Below, in pieces: positions 1 to 13,554 of a DNA stretch of 64,000 nt. Under the pieces are notes generated by a model, which was not told where the DNA came from, searched no databases, and worked only from the letters and a program-made list of their open reading frames with translations. The position numbers and the translations under genes were made by a program. The number at the start of each line of letters is the position of its first letter. The first letter of the stretch is position 1. Source of the DNA: Octopus sinensis (Eukaryota); NCBI RefSeq assembly GCF_006345805.1, contig NC_043008.1:39060001-39124000 (forward strand). The letters are read 5' to 3'.

Positions 1-515
1 CTATCTCCTGATTAGCCTTAAGATTAAATAACGTTTTTATCCACACTCTAATATAATATTAATATTGCTAATATATTTTCAGATACTCTATCTTCTAATT
101 AGCCTTAAGATTAATTAAATAACGTTTAATATTAATAACGTCTAATTAGCCTTAAGATTAAATTAAATAACGGTTTATTGCTTAATTTGTATATATAATT
201 TTTCAGATACTCTGTCTTCTAATTAGCCTTAAGATTAAATTAAATAACGTTTAATATTACCCACACTCTAATATAATATTAATATTGCTAATATATTTTC
301 AGATACTCTATCTCCAAATTAGCCTTAAGATTAAATAACGTTTTTTTACCCACACTCTAATATAATATTAATATTGCTAATATATTTTCAGATACTCTAT
401 CTCCTAATTAGCCTTAAGATTAAATAACGTTTTTACCCAAATAACGTTTTTACACAAACTTTAATATTGTTAATATTTCTTTTTCAAGTACTCTATCTTC
501 TAATTAGCCTTAATA
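1..515. repeat. AT-rich minisatellite, about 90-bp unit, about 6 degenerate copies
   Basis: The unit ctatctcc-taattagccttaagattaaataacgttt...ctaatataatattaatattgctaatatattttcagatact recurs head-to-tail. Confidence 0.85.
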
Positions 516-574
516 TCTTCCTGTCTTCTCTCGAACATAATTAGATAGATAAACGGATAGACGGATTATCCAGC

Positions 575-1395
575 ATGTCCAGAGCATGGAGACGTGACGA
601 GCTGGATTTATTCGTACGAGCATGGGAGTGCGCCGGCGGAGATAGCCCCTAGCGAGGTGATTGCGGCTGCGCTGAAGAGCAGAGGCTACAAGAGGACAGC
701 GGCTCAGATGGAGCGAAAGAGACAGGAATTCGTGCGCTCATATGCGCTTGTACGGTCGCACATTGGCGCACTTGATGCCATCTTTGAGAACGAGCGGGGC
801 AAAGATGGCAAGAATGGAGACGATGAAAGAAGTCACCCCACCTGGTGGACGCCCGGAGGAGGTGGTTTTGAATGAGAACCTGCCCGGGAAGTGAACCCAG
901 GTGCAAGTTCTCCAACCGGCAGCAAGGGCCATGGAGACGGAGAACCCGGTGAAGAGGTAGAGGGAGGAAGAAGAACTAAAGAAGGACTGGAAGAGCTAAA
1001 GGAAAAGAAAAAGCTCAAGCAGGACCAAAGAGTGAAACAACCAGGAAGAAGTGGAACCGCAAAGGATGGAACCAAACAGCGCACACGGGTGTGTATGTTT
1101 ACCTGGAGATTCCTGCTGGCACGGAAAGGAAGGTGCAGGCTGCCGCTTTGCACATCGGGGACCCTGCCACAGAGACACGAGGCAGATGGACAAACCATCA
1201 ACACAAAGAAAAGGGATGGACTACGCACCACCTGCCCCAAAGCGGAGGTACGCAGATGTTGTGCGCGCCACAAACAGCCAACATGATGTTGCCGAAAGAG
1301 CAGCTGCTGAGCAACAATCTTTTTTGTGCATGGCACAAAAGATTGTACAGCAGCTGACCTGGCTTCATCAAACCCAAGCCCGCAGGTGGGACTAA
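575..1395 (+). pseudogene. LINE ORF1 with Myb/SANT-like N-terminus and CCCH-type zinc finger (frameshifted)
   Basis: ATG575 reads MSRAWRRDELDLFVRAWE, then frameshifts to EVIAAALKSRGYKRTAAQMERKRQEFVRSY. 1089-1155 reads VCMF...DSCWHGKEGAGCRFAH across frameshifts. Confidence 0.65.
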
Positions 1396-4300
1396 CCCAC
1401 TATATACCAGACCACCACAGCAAACAGACACAGGATGGACACCGCCGGCAACAACGTACACCTCACCTCGATACTCCTACTGAACATCAGAGGACTGCAA
1501 ACACTCAGTAACAGGACAAAGATCCCGTTCCTGAGAGACTTTGTTGCATGCAATCAAGCCTTATGCATAGCACTTACAGAAACGCACCTGAAACCGGACA
1601 TAGCAGATGCGGAGTTACACATACCACAGTATGCTGTACTACGGACCGACAGGAAAGAAAGGAGTCATGGAGGTGTTGCTATGTACATCCGGAGGACCTC
1701 ACACCCCAGGTCCTCTTGTCATACTCAAACTCGGTGTGTGACACACTAATTGTACATATTAGCAACTTGATGTAGTTGTGTGTGCTACATATCGCCCTCC
1801 AGATGCCCCAAGCCATGTGGGCAAGTTTGAAGACTGCCTTATAAAAATAGAAGAAATTCTAACCACATTAGAAACAACACATAGGTGTGCTTCTTATGGG
1901 AGACTTCAATCTGCCCAATGTCAGATGGCCCGAGGGCCTTTCTCTCCCAGGAATGACAAGATGTGAACGAGGACAGGCGAGGCCCTCCTGAACCTCATCA
2001 ACACCCTGTACATGGAGCAGGTAATACTCCAACCAACCAGGGCAGGTAACACACTGGATCTCTGCTTCACAATGACATGGATCTCATCCATAATGTGAAA
2101 GTGACACCGACACTACTCTCGGATCACAACATGATAGAGCTGACCATGTACGGGCCAAAAGAGAGCACGGACATGCAGCCTACAAGAAAACCCTCAAAAT
2201 CTTTCCAGCTTGAACTACCATAAGGCAAACTGGAAACAAATTGAGAAAGAGATCCTCAAACAAAACTGGCCTAAATGTCTCTCCTCGCCAGACATCGACG
2301 TGAAACTTCAACAATTCATGTCTGTAATGCAAGCCATATGCTACAAATGTGTCCCAGAGAGAAAGGCCACTGTACACAAGAACAAAATCCCCAGAGAGAG
2401 GAAAATTTAATGAGACGGCGTACGAAATTTTCAAATCGCCTAAACAAACAGATTGAAAGCAGTGAAAAGTCCCGCCTAAAAATAAAACTGTTGGAAACCG
2501 AAAAATGTCTGCAACTCTCCCATGAAAAAGAAAGAGCAGACAAAGAAGCCTGGGCTATAGAAAACATAAAATCTAACCCCAGAGCTTTCTACAGGTATGC
2601 CAAAGAAACAGCTACAGTGCACTGTAGAATAGGGCCACTCCTCGAAAAGGATGGCACACTTACAGGAAAACAATGAGGGTAAGTGAAATACTGAATGAGC
2701 AATTCAAGAGTGTTTTCACTCCACCCCTTGGGCATCTCCAAATCACCATCCAACTGACTTTTTACCACTGCAGATATAAATCGAGGCGGCGACGATAGAT
2801 TACATCGATATAAAGGAAGACGATGTAACCAAGGCTATAGATGAAATGAAAACAGACTAAGATCTCAGACTACTCCCCGATGGATTCCCGGCAATCCTCC
2901 TAAAAAGCATGTAAGAGAGTCCTAGCAAGACCACTGCAGTTCCTCTTTCAGAGCTTCCTTGCAGCTGGCAAACTTCCAGGAAAAACTGAAGGAAGGTAAA
3001 ATATGCCCATTCATAAAGGAGGTAGCAGAGCGGAAGCCAAGAACTATAGACCTATCTCTCTGACCTCACACATCAGCAAGGTCATGGAAACGAATGTCAG
3101 AAGGAAGCTGATCACCTTCCTTGAAGAGAATGACTTGCTGCCCGACACCCAACATGGATTCCGACCAGGGAGAAGCTGTTTAACTCAGCTCCTACAACAC
3201 TATGACTGGGTTGCTGAAACGGCTGCTCAACCACTCAAATGTGGAAGTGATATATCTCGACTTTGCAAAGGCCTTTGATAAAGTCGATCATGGAATGATA
3301 TGTCACAAACTGCGTGATCTCAACATAGTTGGAAAACTGGGAGAATGGCTTCATGACTTTCTGAAGGATAGAAGTCGGTGGTAGTAGCCAATGGGGCCAC
3401 CTCCATTAACACAACAAAAGTGAGCGGTGTTCCGCAGGGCACTGTTCTGGGACCACTACTGTTCATAATGGCCCTCTCAGACATGCCCTCAGCCACACAG
3501 AGAGCCACGATCACAAGTTATGCAGATGATACAAAAGTTTCACAGGCAATACAGAACCCTGAGGACACTAAACCACCTGCAATGTGAGCTGGACGAAATA
3601 TACAAGTGGGCTGAAAAGAATAGCATGCAGTTCAATGCTGGAAAGTTTCAAGCTTTATACTATCAGCATGCAAAACTGAATGCAATACCCAATGAATACA
3701 CTGGACCCGGAGGGATTGCAATCCCAGAGGCACAATCAGTGCGTGACCTGGGTATTCACATGAGTGATGACGCGACCTTTCATGTACATGTTTGCTAACT
3801 GACAATGAAATGTAGACGGCTGGCTGGATGGATTCTTAGAACCTTTAGAACAAGAGAACAAGAAACCATGATGGTCCTCTGGAAGACACTTGTCCTAAGC
3901 CACTTTGACTATTGCTCTCAGCTATGGTCACCATCCAGTGTCAAGTTGATCACAGAACTTGAGGCGATCCAACGAAGCTACACAAAGAAGATAGCCTCTA
4001 TGCAGAATGTAAGCTACTGGGAAAGACTCAAGAGATTAAAATTATATTCCCTGGAGCGTAGGCGGGAAAGATATGCCATAATATACATCTGGAAGATCCT
4101 GGAGGGAAGTGTCCTGAACTTTGGCATCGAGAGTTACGCAAATGCCAGAACTGGGCGCCACTGCGTGGTGCCTAGGACTCCAAACCTGCCATCAAGATGT
4201 AGGACAAGATTCTGTGATAGCCTGGGCTTCCGTGGCCCACAGCTCTTCAATATCCTCCCGAAGAACCTGAGAGACCTGCATGGGGTGGATACAGATGTCT

Positions 4301-4520
4301 TTAAAATGAAGCTGGATCTCTTCCTGTCAGGTGTCCCAGATGAACAACTTCACGGCAGGAGGGGCAGATGAGGGCAGCTGCATCGAACTCTCTCATGCAC
4401 CAAATAGCAGTTGCTAGAAAGCCTCCATGAAGTGAAACCAAGTAGCAACACCAATGGCGGTGCCCCAGCATGGCCACAGCTCATAAGCTGAAACTAGAAT
4501 CAATCAATCATCAATCAATC
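575..4520 (+). mobile_element. Near full-length CR1-clade LINE (family A), frameshifted ORF1 and ORF2
   Basis: APE motifs from 1435 (LLNIRGL, LTETHL, DRKERSHGGVAMYI). RT motifs NYRPISLTS, QHGFRPGRSC, YLDFAKAFDKVDH, GVPQGTVLGPLLF, YADDTK. CR1-type C-terminus (CSQLWSP, YWERLKRLKLYSLERRRERY). (ATCA)n tail at about 4499-4520. Confidence 0.92.
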
Positions 4521-5427
4521 ATATATATACACATATATTTATATGTATATATATATATATATACTATATATATATATATATATGTATGTATATAATATAT
4601 ATGTTTATTCGTGAACCACCCTATTATTCTTGATCGACTTACCCTTCTAACTATCATCTCTAAATATCTTAGTCTTTACTCATATTTATAGTTTTTTTCT
4701 TCCTCGTTTCCCTAAAGTATTGTCTCTATTCTCTCTCTCTCTCTCTCTCTCTCCCTCTCTTTCTCTTTCATCTTCCACCTCTCTCTGTCTCTTTGCCGCA
4801 CACTCGCGCGGTTCCATATGTATCTTTTCAAATCTCCATCTGATTATTGTTCCAACTTATTTCTCTCTTATCTTTTGCATACGTCTCCGCCTACCTCCCG
4901 CCTTTTCTCTACAACGTTCTATTACCTTGTTTAACTAATTTTCATTTTGTCATTTTCTTCCCTTTAGCGTTCATCTTTAATCTCTCTCTCTCTCTCTCTG
5001 ATACTCTCTCACACATTCATGCACACGCTCTACATATATGTATGCATGTGTGCTATACCACATATATATATATATATTATATATATATATATAAAGATAG
5101 AAAGATATAAATACATATACACACACACATGTATATATACATCATACATACATATTTATATATCTATACACACACATACATCCTTAATCATCCTCGGGAG
5201 TCTTGCTTCGTTTTAAATATTAGCGTCTTGTTTGTAGGAAGAATTCGAACAAATATGAAAAGGAAACGCACACCTACACGCAGTACACACACACACACAC
5301 ACACACTCACAAATTCTGGGCATTGCCCGAGTTAAGGACTCAGAGAATTAACAGTAACGTTGCAAAGCTTTTTATCTAACTTATAGTAAATCTTTAGGAA
5401 AAAATAAATAAATAACACAGCGATATT

Positions 5428-5839
5428 TCTGTACTCTTTTATTCTTTTACTTGTTTCAGTCATTTGACTGCGGCCATGCTGGAGCACCGCCTTTAGTCGA
5501 TCAAATCGACCCCGGGACTTATTCTCTGTAAGCCCAGTACTTATTCTATCGGTCTCTTTTGCCGAACCGCTAAGTGACGGGGACGTAAACACACCAGCAT
5601 CGGTTGTCAAGCAATGCTAGGGGGACAAACACAGATACATAAACACAAACACACACACATATATATATATATACATATATACGACAGGCTTCTTTCAGTT
5701 TCCGTCTACCAAATCCACTCACAAGGCATTGGTTGGCCCGGGGCTATAGCAGAAGACACTTGCCCAAGATGCCACGCAGTGGGACTGAACCCGCAACCAT
5801 GTGGTTGGTTAGCAAGCTACTTACCACACAGCCACTCCT
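5428..5839 (-). mobile_element. tRNA-derived SINE with internal AT/GT microsatellite (type A)
   Basis: Head ggagtggctgtgtggtaagtag...ggttcagtcccactgcgtggc; matches the copies at 49041-50735 and 22715-23015. Confidence 0.85.
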
Positions 5840-6112
5840 ATGTAGAATCTTTTTATTTTTCTTCTTCTAAGAATATATTTTTGTTTCATATCCTACTTCC
5901 AGACATATGCAAGTTTAATTCTGTAAAAAAAATTGAACACAAAATCATATCTTTTAAATCGCTTTTCAGTTTCTGCTCAAACGTAACCCTTACTCTAAGT
6001 CGAAATTGTAATCTCAAGTGCTAACACAAAGCCCTAACGTTCAATGCAAACCCCCAGCAGAGCAAGAAATAGCGTGATATGAAAGACGAGTGTGTGGAGA
6101 GAGACAGACAAA

Positions 6113-6415
6113 GTGGTGGCACACGGCCTAGTAGTTAAAGCAGCGAACATGCGGTCGAGGGATCGCGGTTTCGAATCTCAGACCGGGCGATGTGTGTGTT
6201 TATGAGCGAAACACCTAAGCTCCACGCGGCTCCGGCAGAAGGTAATGGCGAATTTCTGCTGACTCTTTCATCACAACTTTCTCTCACTCTTTCCTCCTGC
6301 ATTTCGCAGCTCATCAGCGACGAACCGGCGTTCCGTCCAGGTGGGGTCCCTATACGGCAAGGAAACCGGGAAACTGGCCTTTATGAACCAGACATGGCTC
6401 GAGAAGGAACAAAGA
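6113..6415 (+). mobile_element. tRNA-derived SINE (type B)
   Basis: A/B-box-like head ggcctagtagtt...ggtttcgaatctc; highly similar to 6867-7167. Confidence 0.85.
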
Positions 6416-6866
6416 TAGGCTGAGAAACAGAGGGGATGGAGCGAGAAAGACGTGTGTGTGTGTAGAGTGAGAGAGGGGGTGGGAGAGGGGGAGGGACGGA
6501 GGAATGAGTTTGATTTAATCACAAATGTTGTTATATGACTAAGATACTTCTATTTGTGTGCGTTTGTCATAAGACGAAAAAATAGGCATTGTGGTGTTAT
6601 CAAGTTCCTGAATAAAAAAGTGTTTAGCCCCCCCCAATCATATTCATGCTAACATGGCTGCTACATTAGGGGATGACTCTCCAGCTTTGTCAACAATAAA
6701 AAGGGGGCAGCTGAATTTTTGAGGGAAGGGAGGGTCTTGAAGATGACCTAAAAGTCTGGACGTCCAGCGACTGCCACCACCGAGAAAAAGTGATTATGTT
6801 GACCACTTAGTGATAAATGACAATTCATCACTATGTAATCACTTGTTTGCGATTCATCACTATGTG

Positions 6867-7167
6867 ATGGAGGCACATGGCCTAGTGGTTAGAGAAGCGG
6901 ACTCGCGGTCGAGGAATCGCGGGTTCGAATCTCAGACCGGGCGATGTGTGTGTTTATGAGCGAAACACCTAAGCTTCACGCGGCTCCGGCAGAAGGTAAT
7001 GGCGAACTTCTGCTGACTTTTTCGCCACAACTTTATCTTACTCTTTCCTCCTGCATCTTGCAGCTCACCTGCGATGGACTGGCGTCCCGTCCAGGTGGGG
7101 AACCTATACGCCAAAGAAACTCGGAAACCGGCCCTAATGAGCCGGGCATGGCTCGTGAAGGAACAAA
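6867..7167 (+). mobile_element. tRNA-derived SINE (type B) with 12-bp TSD
   Basis: catcactatgtg at 6855-6866 and 7168-7179; body similar to 6113-6415 and contains the V-domain-like gcgatggactggcgtcccgtccagg. Confidence 0.88.
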
Positions 7168-7179
7168 CATCACTATGTG

Positions 7180-7570
7180 GTGAACACTATGGCATCACTT
7201 TGTCTCCAACAATTCGGTGCGACACCAGTGCAAAATCACCTCCCTCCGACAAGTCATCCTAACGAGACGTCTGCGTTGGCTGGGTCATGCCCTCCGTCGT
7301 CAACCAGGATAATTCATCTACAAAGCAATTGCCCCAGCTCCCCTTCAGGGTTGGCGAAAGGGATGTGGTGGACAACGAAAAACCTGGCTGATGACAGTCA
7401 AGGCTGATCTGGAACTCAGCCTAGGCCCCCATGTGTACGGCGTTCGCCGATGGAATAAGGAGTGATTGGGGATCACGCGGTCGTTAGCCTCAAATCGCCA
7501 GGCCTGGTCGGCGTTTGTGAGAGATGCAGCATTGAGGATGAATGAAACCAGCTCAACCCACCCCGGGTGA
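7180..7570 (+). mobile_element. RTE-like LINE 3' fragment
   Basis: Broken translation RRLRWLGHALRR...GGQRKTWLMTVKADL, typical of RTE C-termini. Confidence 0.6.
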
Positions 7571-7574
7571 ATAC

Positions 7575-8945
7575 TGTCTCAAGAAATAGCCAATGCTATC
7601 AGCATATCCCACGAGAGTGCTAAGAATGTTCCGCACAGTGAACTTGGCATGACGAAGTCTACCGCTCGGTCATCTGATATTTGATCAAAACCGCACCAAG
7701 ATGAATATATCACGAGAAAATCTGACATCGTTTGAGACAAACCCAACTGGTTTCCTTGAACGTTTCCTAACCCAGGATGAGTATTCGGTTCATGACTTTA
7801 TCAACTACCTACTCTCTATCTTTATTCCCTTATTTCTCCGAACTCTCTCTTTCTTCCTACTTGCTCTTCCTTAACCTTTTCTACTCTCTTTCTTTATCAC
7901 TCATCGTTTTTCTACTTGACCAGTGCATAGGTAATACATCATCGTTTAATGTCCATTTTCCATGCTGGCATAGGTTGAATGATTCGACTGGGGTCTGGGA
8001 AGCCAGGAGGCTGCACTAGGCTCCAGTCTGATCTGGCAGTGTTTCTACAGCTTGATGCCCTTCCTAACGCCAACCACTCTGAGAGTGTAGTGGGTGCTTT
8101 TTTTACGTGCCACCGGCACAGGGGCCAATCTCCTACCTAGTACTCATTTCAGATCCCCAGTTTATCTTTTCACTTTTCATTCTTTTCTTTCCTTCTAACT
8201 TCCTTCCCTCTACCCCATCTCTCTATCCTTCTCCCGAGCCTTCTCATTGTACCTTTGGAACACAAGCACCACTATTTTCTTCTTTTTTTGTTTGTTAGTT
8301 TTTGTCATGTAGTGTCCCACATTTTGTAATACTTCCAATTTGTATTTTTACTGCTTATGTTAGCTCTGCTTGATACATTTCCAAAATTAAACATTTTAAT
8401 ATGCAAAATATACTTCACATTATTACATATACTATGCATTAATGCAAAAAATATTGTGCTTATTGGCTATCTTCAAAATGATCACACCATCAATGGAAAA
8501 TTTCAATGACAACTTTCTTAGGTAGTTATGAAAGGCTATCAAGACCAAACACCCAGAAAAACTGATGAATGGGGTCTTGTTTCATTAGGACAACGCTTCA
8601 GCACACAAATCCTTAGTTTCAATGGCTGCTGTGTATGACTGGCTTTGAACTGGTTGATCATCCTCCCTATTTTAGTGATTTGGTTCCTTCTGGTTATTAT
8701 CTATTTCCAAACATAGAAAAATACTCAGCTGAGCACCAGTATCACTATGATGAGAACATCGTATCTGTTGTTGATGACCATTTTGATCAACAAAAAGCTT
8801 CTTCACCAGTGCGATCCAAGCACTGCAACTACTTATGGAAGTGTGTGGACAGTAAGAGGAACTATGTTAGAAAATGAACTTCATTTGGTCACATTCCATT
8901 GAGAGTGTCTTGCTCAGATTATGAACATTTCAGCTGACCCTCATA
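7575..8945 (+). mobile_element. Degenerate mariner transposase remnant in two pieces (about 7575-7795 and 8470-8945)
   Basis: FLERFLTQDE; GVLFH*DNA; GFELVDHPPYFSDLVPSGYYLFP (HPPYSPDLAPSD-like). Confidence 0.8.
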
Positions 8946-10199
8946 ATAATAAAAATTATTATTATACCTGCATTTGTTTTAATGTTAACATTGGAAAAAT
9001 CCACATTTTTCATTAAAAAAATTAGGACCTGGGTTTGCACCTCCTTGGCAAATTTTGTTGCTGAGCCACTGGGCACACCAAGAAGAAACAAATGGCAATT
9101 ACGATAATTTACGGTTAAATTTAGTATGATTTTGAGTGTACGTGGATTGTATACACTGATGTTATATGGAGTGTGCTATAGTTTCGTCTGGTGGTGAAGT
9201 GTAATTTGGTTACAGTAGAGAGAAAAGGAATGCAGTATAATGAAATGAAGGATAAACATTGTTTCATTTCATTAAGTGTAGTGGAATGACAACATCGTTA
9301 GAACTCTGGACAACAATAACTTGTGGTTGTTGGTTACAGCTCTCCATGCTCTGAGTCTAAATTCCGCCGAGATTGCCCTTCCCACTCGCATTACAAAATC
9401 GATAAATATCTTTGTTTATGTTACTTGCTGGATATGGAGAACGGGTCAGCTTCCTTCGATTTGTAGGCCGTCCCAGATCGTTCATATCGATGCCAGTTAT
9501 GCTTGTCTTGAACTATTGAAGTTCAAGACAAACACATTAGTGAGAATGATGTGAGCAAAGAATAAAGTCTTCGAAGGAAGACGTTTTAGGAAAATAAAGA
9601 ACTGCTTGTAGTAATTCGAACGGAATTTGGTGGCAGAGTTGACGTAGTAGGTATGAGAGAATACAGACAAGTGGGAGTGAGAGGAGAAGGGAGTAGTCAT
9701 AAAAATCCCCGGTGACTCTCCACGCTATATACTTATTATAAGATGACAATCACTGTTGACTCTCAGTGGCGTTGCTTTTTAATGGAGTCTCATATTATTA
9801 TGATTCAAACTACATTATCTGAATTTTAAGAAATTAACAGAACACTTGTTTCCTGGTATTTCTCGAATGGTTTTCAGCTTGGATGAATAGAAGCTGAGAG
9901 AGAATTTTGTAAAGAAAATACATCTTTGATAAGTAAAACAATACTGTTATTTGTGCGTTGTTGTAATACAATTGTAATGTATTACTGGATTGTAGTATAA
10001 TTTCAATAAAATTTTCGGAAAGCTATCCATTAACAATTGTGCAGCTCCAATTATAAACCCAAAGAATTTTTCGGCAAAAATTGTAAAACCTTTTACAAAA
10101 TCAAGAGCTTGTCAATAAATATTAGGAAAACCTATAAAATTACAAGAAGTTCATTTTCAAACACTGGAAGAACTATATTTGTATAGGCAATATAATAAA

Positions 10200-10715
10200 C
10201 CACATTAGCCGTTATGGCTTTTTACTTCTTACAATGCAAAATATAGCAGTTTATACATAAATACGGCTTCGTTATGCATTCTGAACAGTATGCTGAACAG
10301 TTCGCTTTTCTTTTTAGCTTCTTTTGATGATTTGGAACGTGTAGCATAGCATCCTGAGCAACGCCTTCTCCTTTGTATTCAACTAGAAAACCTTTCAGTT
10401 GTTTCTTCAAATATGTGCTTTGAAATGAAAGCTTTTCGTTGTTGATTCCATTCTAAATCAAACAATGCCATGACAAGCTCTTTAATTTTCCTTATTGTTT
10501 TTTCTTGCTGCTGAGATCGTTGTAATTGTCAAGAGCTTTGGCAAGAGATCTTTCTAGGAGTAACTCAAAACCAACTTTACTGTACCAAACCATAATTTTC
10601 TTCATCGGAGAAAAGTATCTTCATCCCTGATACTATATATCAACTCCTTGTTATATTGAATTATTGCTACGGTTTTCGTTATTGAATACCTTTTTCTATT
10701 TTCATTTCCATTCTA
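10200..10715 (-). mobile_element. piggyBac-like transposase C-terminal remnant
   Basis: Frameshifted KP.AIIQYN.GVD..DQ, KKIMVWY.KVGFELLL and Cys-rich end CSAYCSECITKPYLCINCY. Confidence 0.55.
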
Positions 10716-10737
10716 ATATTTTGTCTAGTAGATAATC

Positions 10738-11235
10738 TATTGGGTTGTCAGGAAAGTTCGTGCCGATTTATAGTAGCTTAACTTTCGACTTATATTAGAA
10801 CATGGTTGAGTCCATAAAATAGGATTTGACTACACCTCCATTTAGAGCACACTTTAAGCTATATCTTTTCATGGAAGAAGGTTTATGTTCTTATAACCTG
10901 TGTTAATTCTGTAACCCATTAAAATGGAAGATAAGAAAGTTCCTTTTCGGCACTTGATGCTTTGGGAACCAGACAAAAATTGCTGCAGCTCGGCTGAGAT
11001 GTGTTACCCCATCCTCCATTCACCAGATATTGCTCCTTCGGATTTCCACTTATTCAGGTCTCTGCACAGTAGTCTTAATGGTAAAAATTTCAATTACTTG
11101 GATGACGTAAAAAGATACCTTGACGAATTCTTTGCCATGAAACCCCCTCAATTCTGGGAAGAGGGCATTTTCAAGTGTAAGGAAAGATGGAGTCGCATTG
11201 TGCAACAAAATGGTTCATATTTGGTTGATTAAAAA
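10738..11235 (+). mobile_element. Internally deleted mariner element
   Basis: TA plus TIR-like start ttgggttgtcagg; the ORF joins the transposase N-terminus (MEDKKVPFRHLMLW) to its C-terminus (SPDIAPSDFHLFRSL...WEEGIFK...ERW). Confidence 0.8.
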
Positions 11236-11239
11236 TTGA

Positions 11240-11540
11240 GTACCAGTTACGCACTGGGTTCGATGGAATCGACTTAATACCTATGTCTGTCCTTGTTTGT
11301 CCCCTCTATGTTTAGCCCCTTGTAGGTATTTGTCCCCTCTATGTTTAGCCCCTTGTAGGTATTTAGTCTGCCGTTACGGTGTGAGTTCAAATTCCGCCGA
11401 GGTCGACTTTGCCTCATCCTTTCGGGGTCGATAAATTAAGTACCAGTTACGCACTGGGGTCGATGTAATCGACTTAATACCTATGTATGTCCTTGTTTGT
11501 CCTCTCTATGTTTAGCCCCTTGTGGGCAGTAAAGAAATAT
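11240..11540 (+). repeat. Tandemly repeated headless SINE core (type C)
   Basis: gagttcaaattccgccgaggtcgactttgcc..atcctttcggggtcgataaattaagtaccag core with a repeated tail; same arrangement at 43066-43430. Confidence 0.75.
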
Positions 11541-12444
11541 ATACAAACACACAAATGCAAATATATTCAGGAACCTACTTACACGTGAAATTTAAACACT
11601 AAATAAATTAATAAAAAATCAAATGTACACATGTTTTATTATTGAAACATTGCGATTTTGTGCTGTAAAAGTATTAAAATATATAATCGAATACACACAA
11701 GCAACGACAACACAGAAAAAATGCATGTTAAGGTAAATTTAAAATTTAGTTTTACAAGGTAATTTTCAAATATGAAACACAAGATATACGAATAAATAAA
11801 ATATAACCCCAAAGAGCGGTAAAATAGACTTCAAAGCTTTATTGTTATCTCTATTGAAGACCAATTTGTAATATTCAAGTAATATTAGAAATATTTTACA
11901 TTTGAATGAAATCAGAACAGGAAACAAGAAAAAATGAAACAAGTCAATAAAATTATAATATACAAATCATTTTTTTTTCTATCATTACAACATTCTAAAG
12001 TTTCAGCTATGCCAGTACATTTGTCAAATATTTAAATATGACAAAGTGTGAATACGATATATAGATATTCAAGCTCATTGACACAAGCACACAAATTTAT
12101 GAATTCGTGTGTGTAAAACTTTGTTTGTGTGTGTGCGTGCGAGTACGTGCGTATTAATTTGTGTATTTTTATACACATGCACGCACACACACGTACATAT
12201 GAGATGTTATGCTCGCACATATGAATGCAATCAGTATTACTTGTTACTAAAGCACAGGGTTGGAGATTTACTAGGGGATGGCTTAGTGTAAGATACTGAA
12301 GGCAATAGTTAACCCGTTTAATTGATTAATTCCGTAGGATGAGAACAAAGTCCACTAATTCGTTGGGAGGTGAACTCTGAACACAATGGAAACAAACACT
12401 GCAATTTTCTTGTTCTTTTTCTTATAGTTGTTGTTGTTGTTTTT

Positions 12445-12655
12445 GATGGCAGATGGCAGGATTGTTAGTAGGCTGGACGAAATGCTTATCAGTATTTCGT
12501 CCGTCGCTACGTTCTGAGTTCAAATTCCGCTGAGGTCGACTTTGCCATTCATCCTTTCGTGGTCGATAAATTAAGTACCAGTGGGACAATGGAGTCGATG
12601 TAATCGACTAGTCCTCATCCCACAAATTGGATGCCTTGTGCATCCAGTAGAAAGG

Positions 12656-12713
<58 letters not shown>
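12445..12713 (+). mobile_element. tRNA-derived SINE (type C) with (ATT)n tail
   Basis: Same core as 11240 and 60384; (ATT)n at 12657-12713. Confidence 0.8.
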
Positions 12714-12714
<1 letters not shown>

Positions 12715-12879
12715 CTTTCAGCCGGCGAACAGGCAAAATTATTAGTGCATCGGACAAAATAAAGAAATTAACATACTGAATACAGATATTAAGAAATAGT
12801 CATTTTTAATATGCCGGTGAGGTCGTACGTGTGTCTATGTGTATATGTAATATCTATAGATCCTTATGTATATGCGTGC

Positions 12880-12889
<10 letters not shown>

Positions 12890-12930
<41 letters not shown>

Positions 12931-12931
12931 A

Positions 12932-12969
<38 letters not shown>

Positions 12970-13037
12970 TATATATTATATATATATATATAATTTTTAT
13001 ATATATATATATATTATATTATATATATTTATATATA

Positions 13038-13085
<48 letters not shown>

Positions 13086-13093
13086 ATTTATAT

Positions 13094-13177
<84 letters not shown>

Positions 13178-13254
13178 TTTATATATATATTATATATAAT
13201 ATATTTTTATATATATATATATATAATATTTTATATATATATATATATATATAT

Positions 13255-13330
<76 letters not shown>

Positions 13331-13345
13331 ATATATATTATATAT
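12890..13345. repeat. Long interrupted (AT)n microsatellite
   Basis: Direct inspection. Confidence 0.95.
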
Positions 13346-13512
13346 ACATACATTCATTTATATATTCCGAATTTGTGTAAATGTGTATAGAATAATATAT
13401 CAGTTGAGTAAAGTTAAAATAGTATATCCAAGTTTTAACTTTATTCAACTGATCATTCAAATATATATATACATATATAGATAGAGAGAGGGAGATAGAT
13501 AGATAGATTACA

Positions 13513-13554
<42 letters not shown>

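Noticed and set aside
1-515. CRISPR-like regular repeat
   Set aside because: The units are contiguous, with no unique spacers, no cas genes and a eukaryotic context
6113-6190. tRNA genes
   Set aside because: The tRNA-like heads run into conserved SINE bodies; these are SINEs, not tRNA genes
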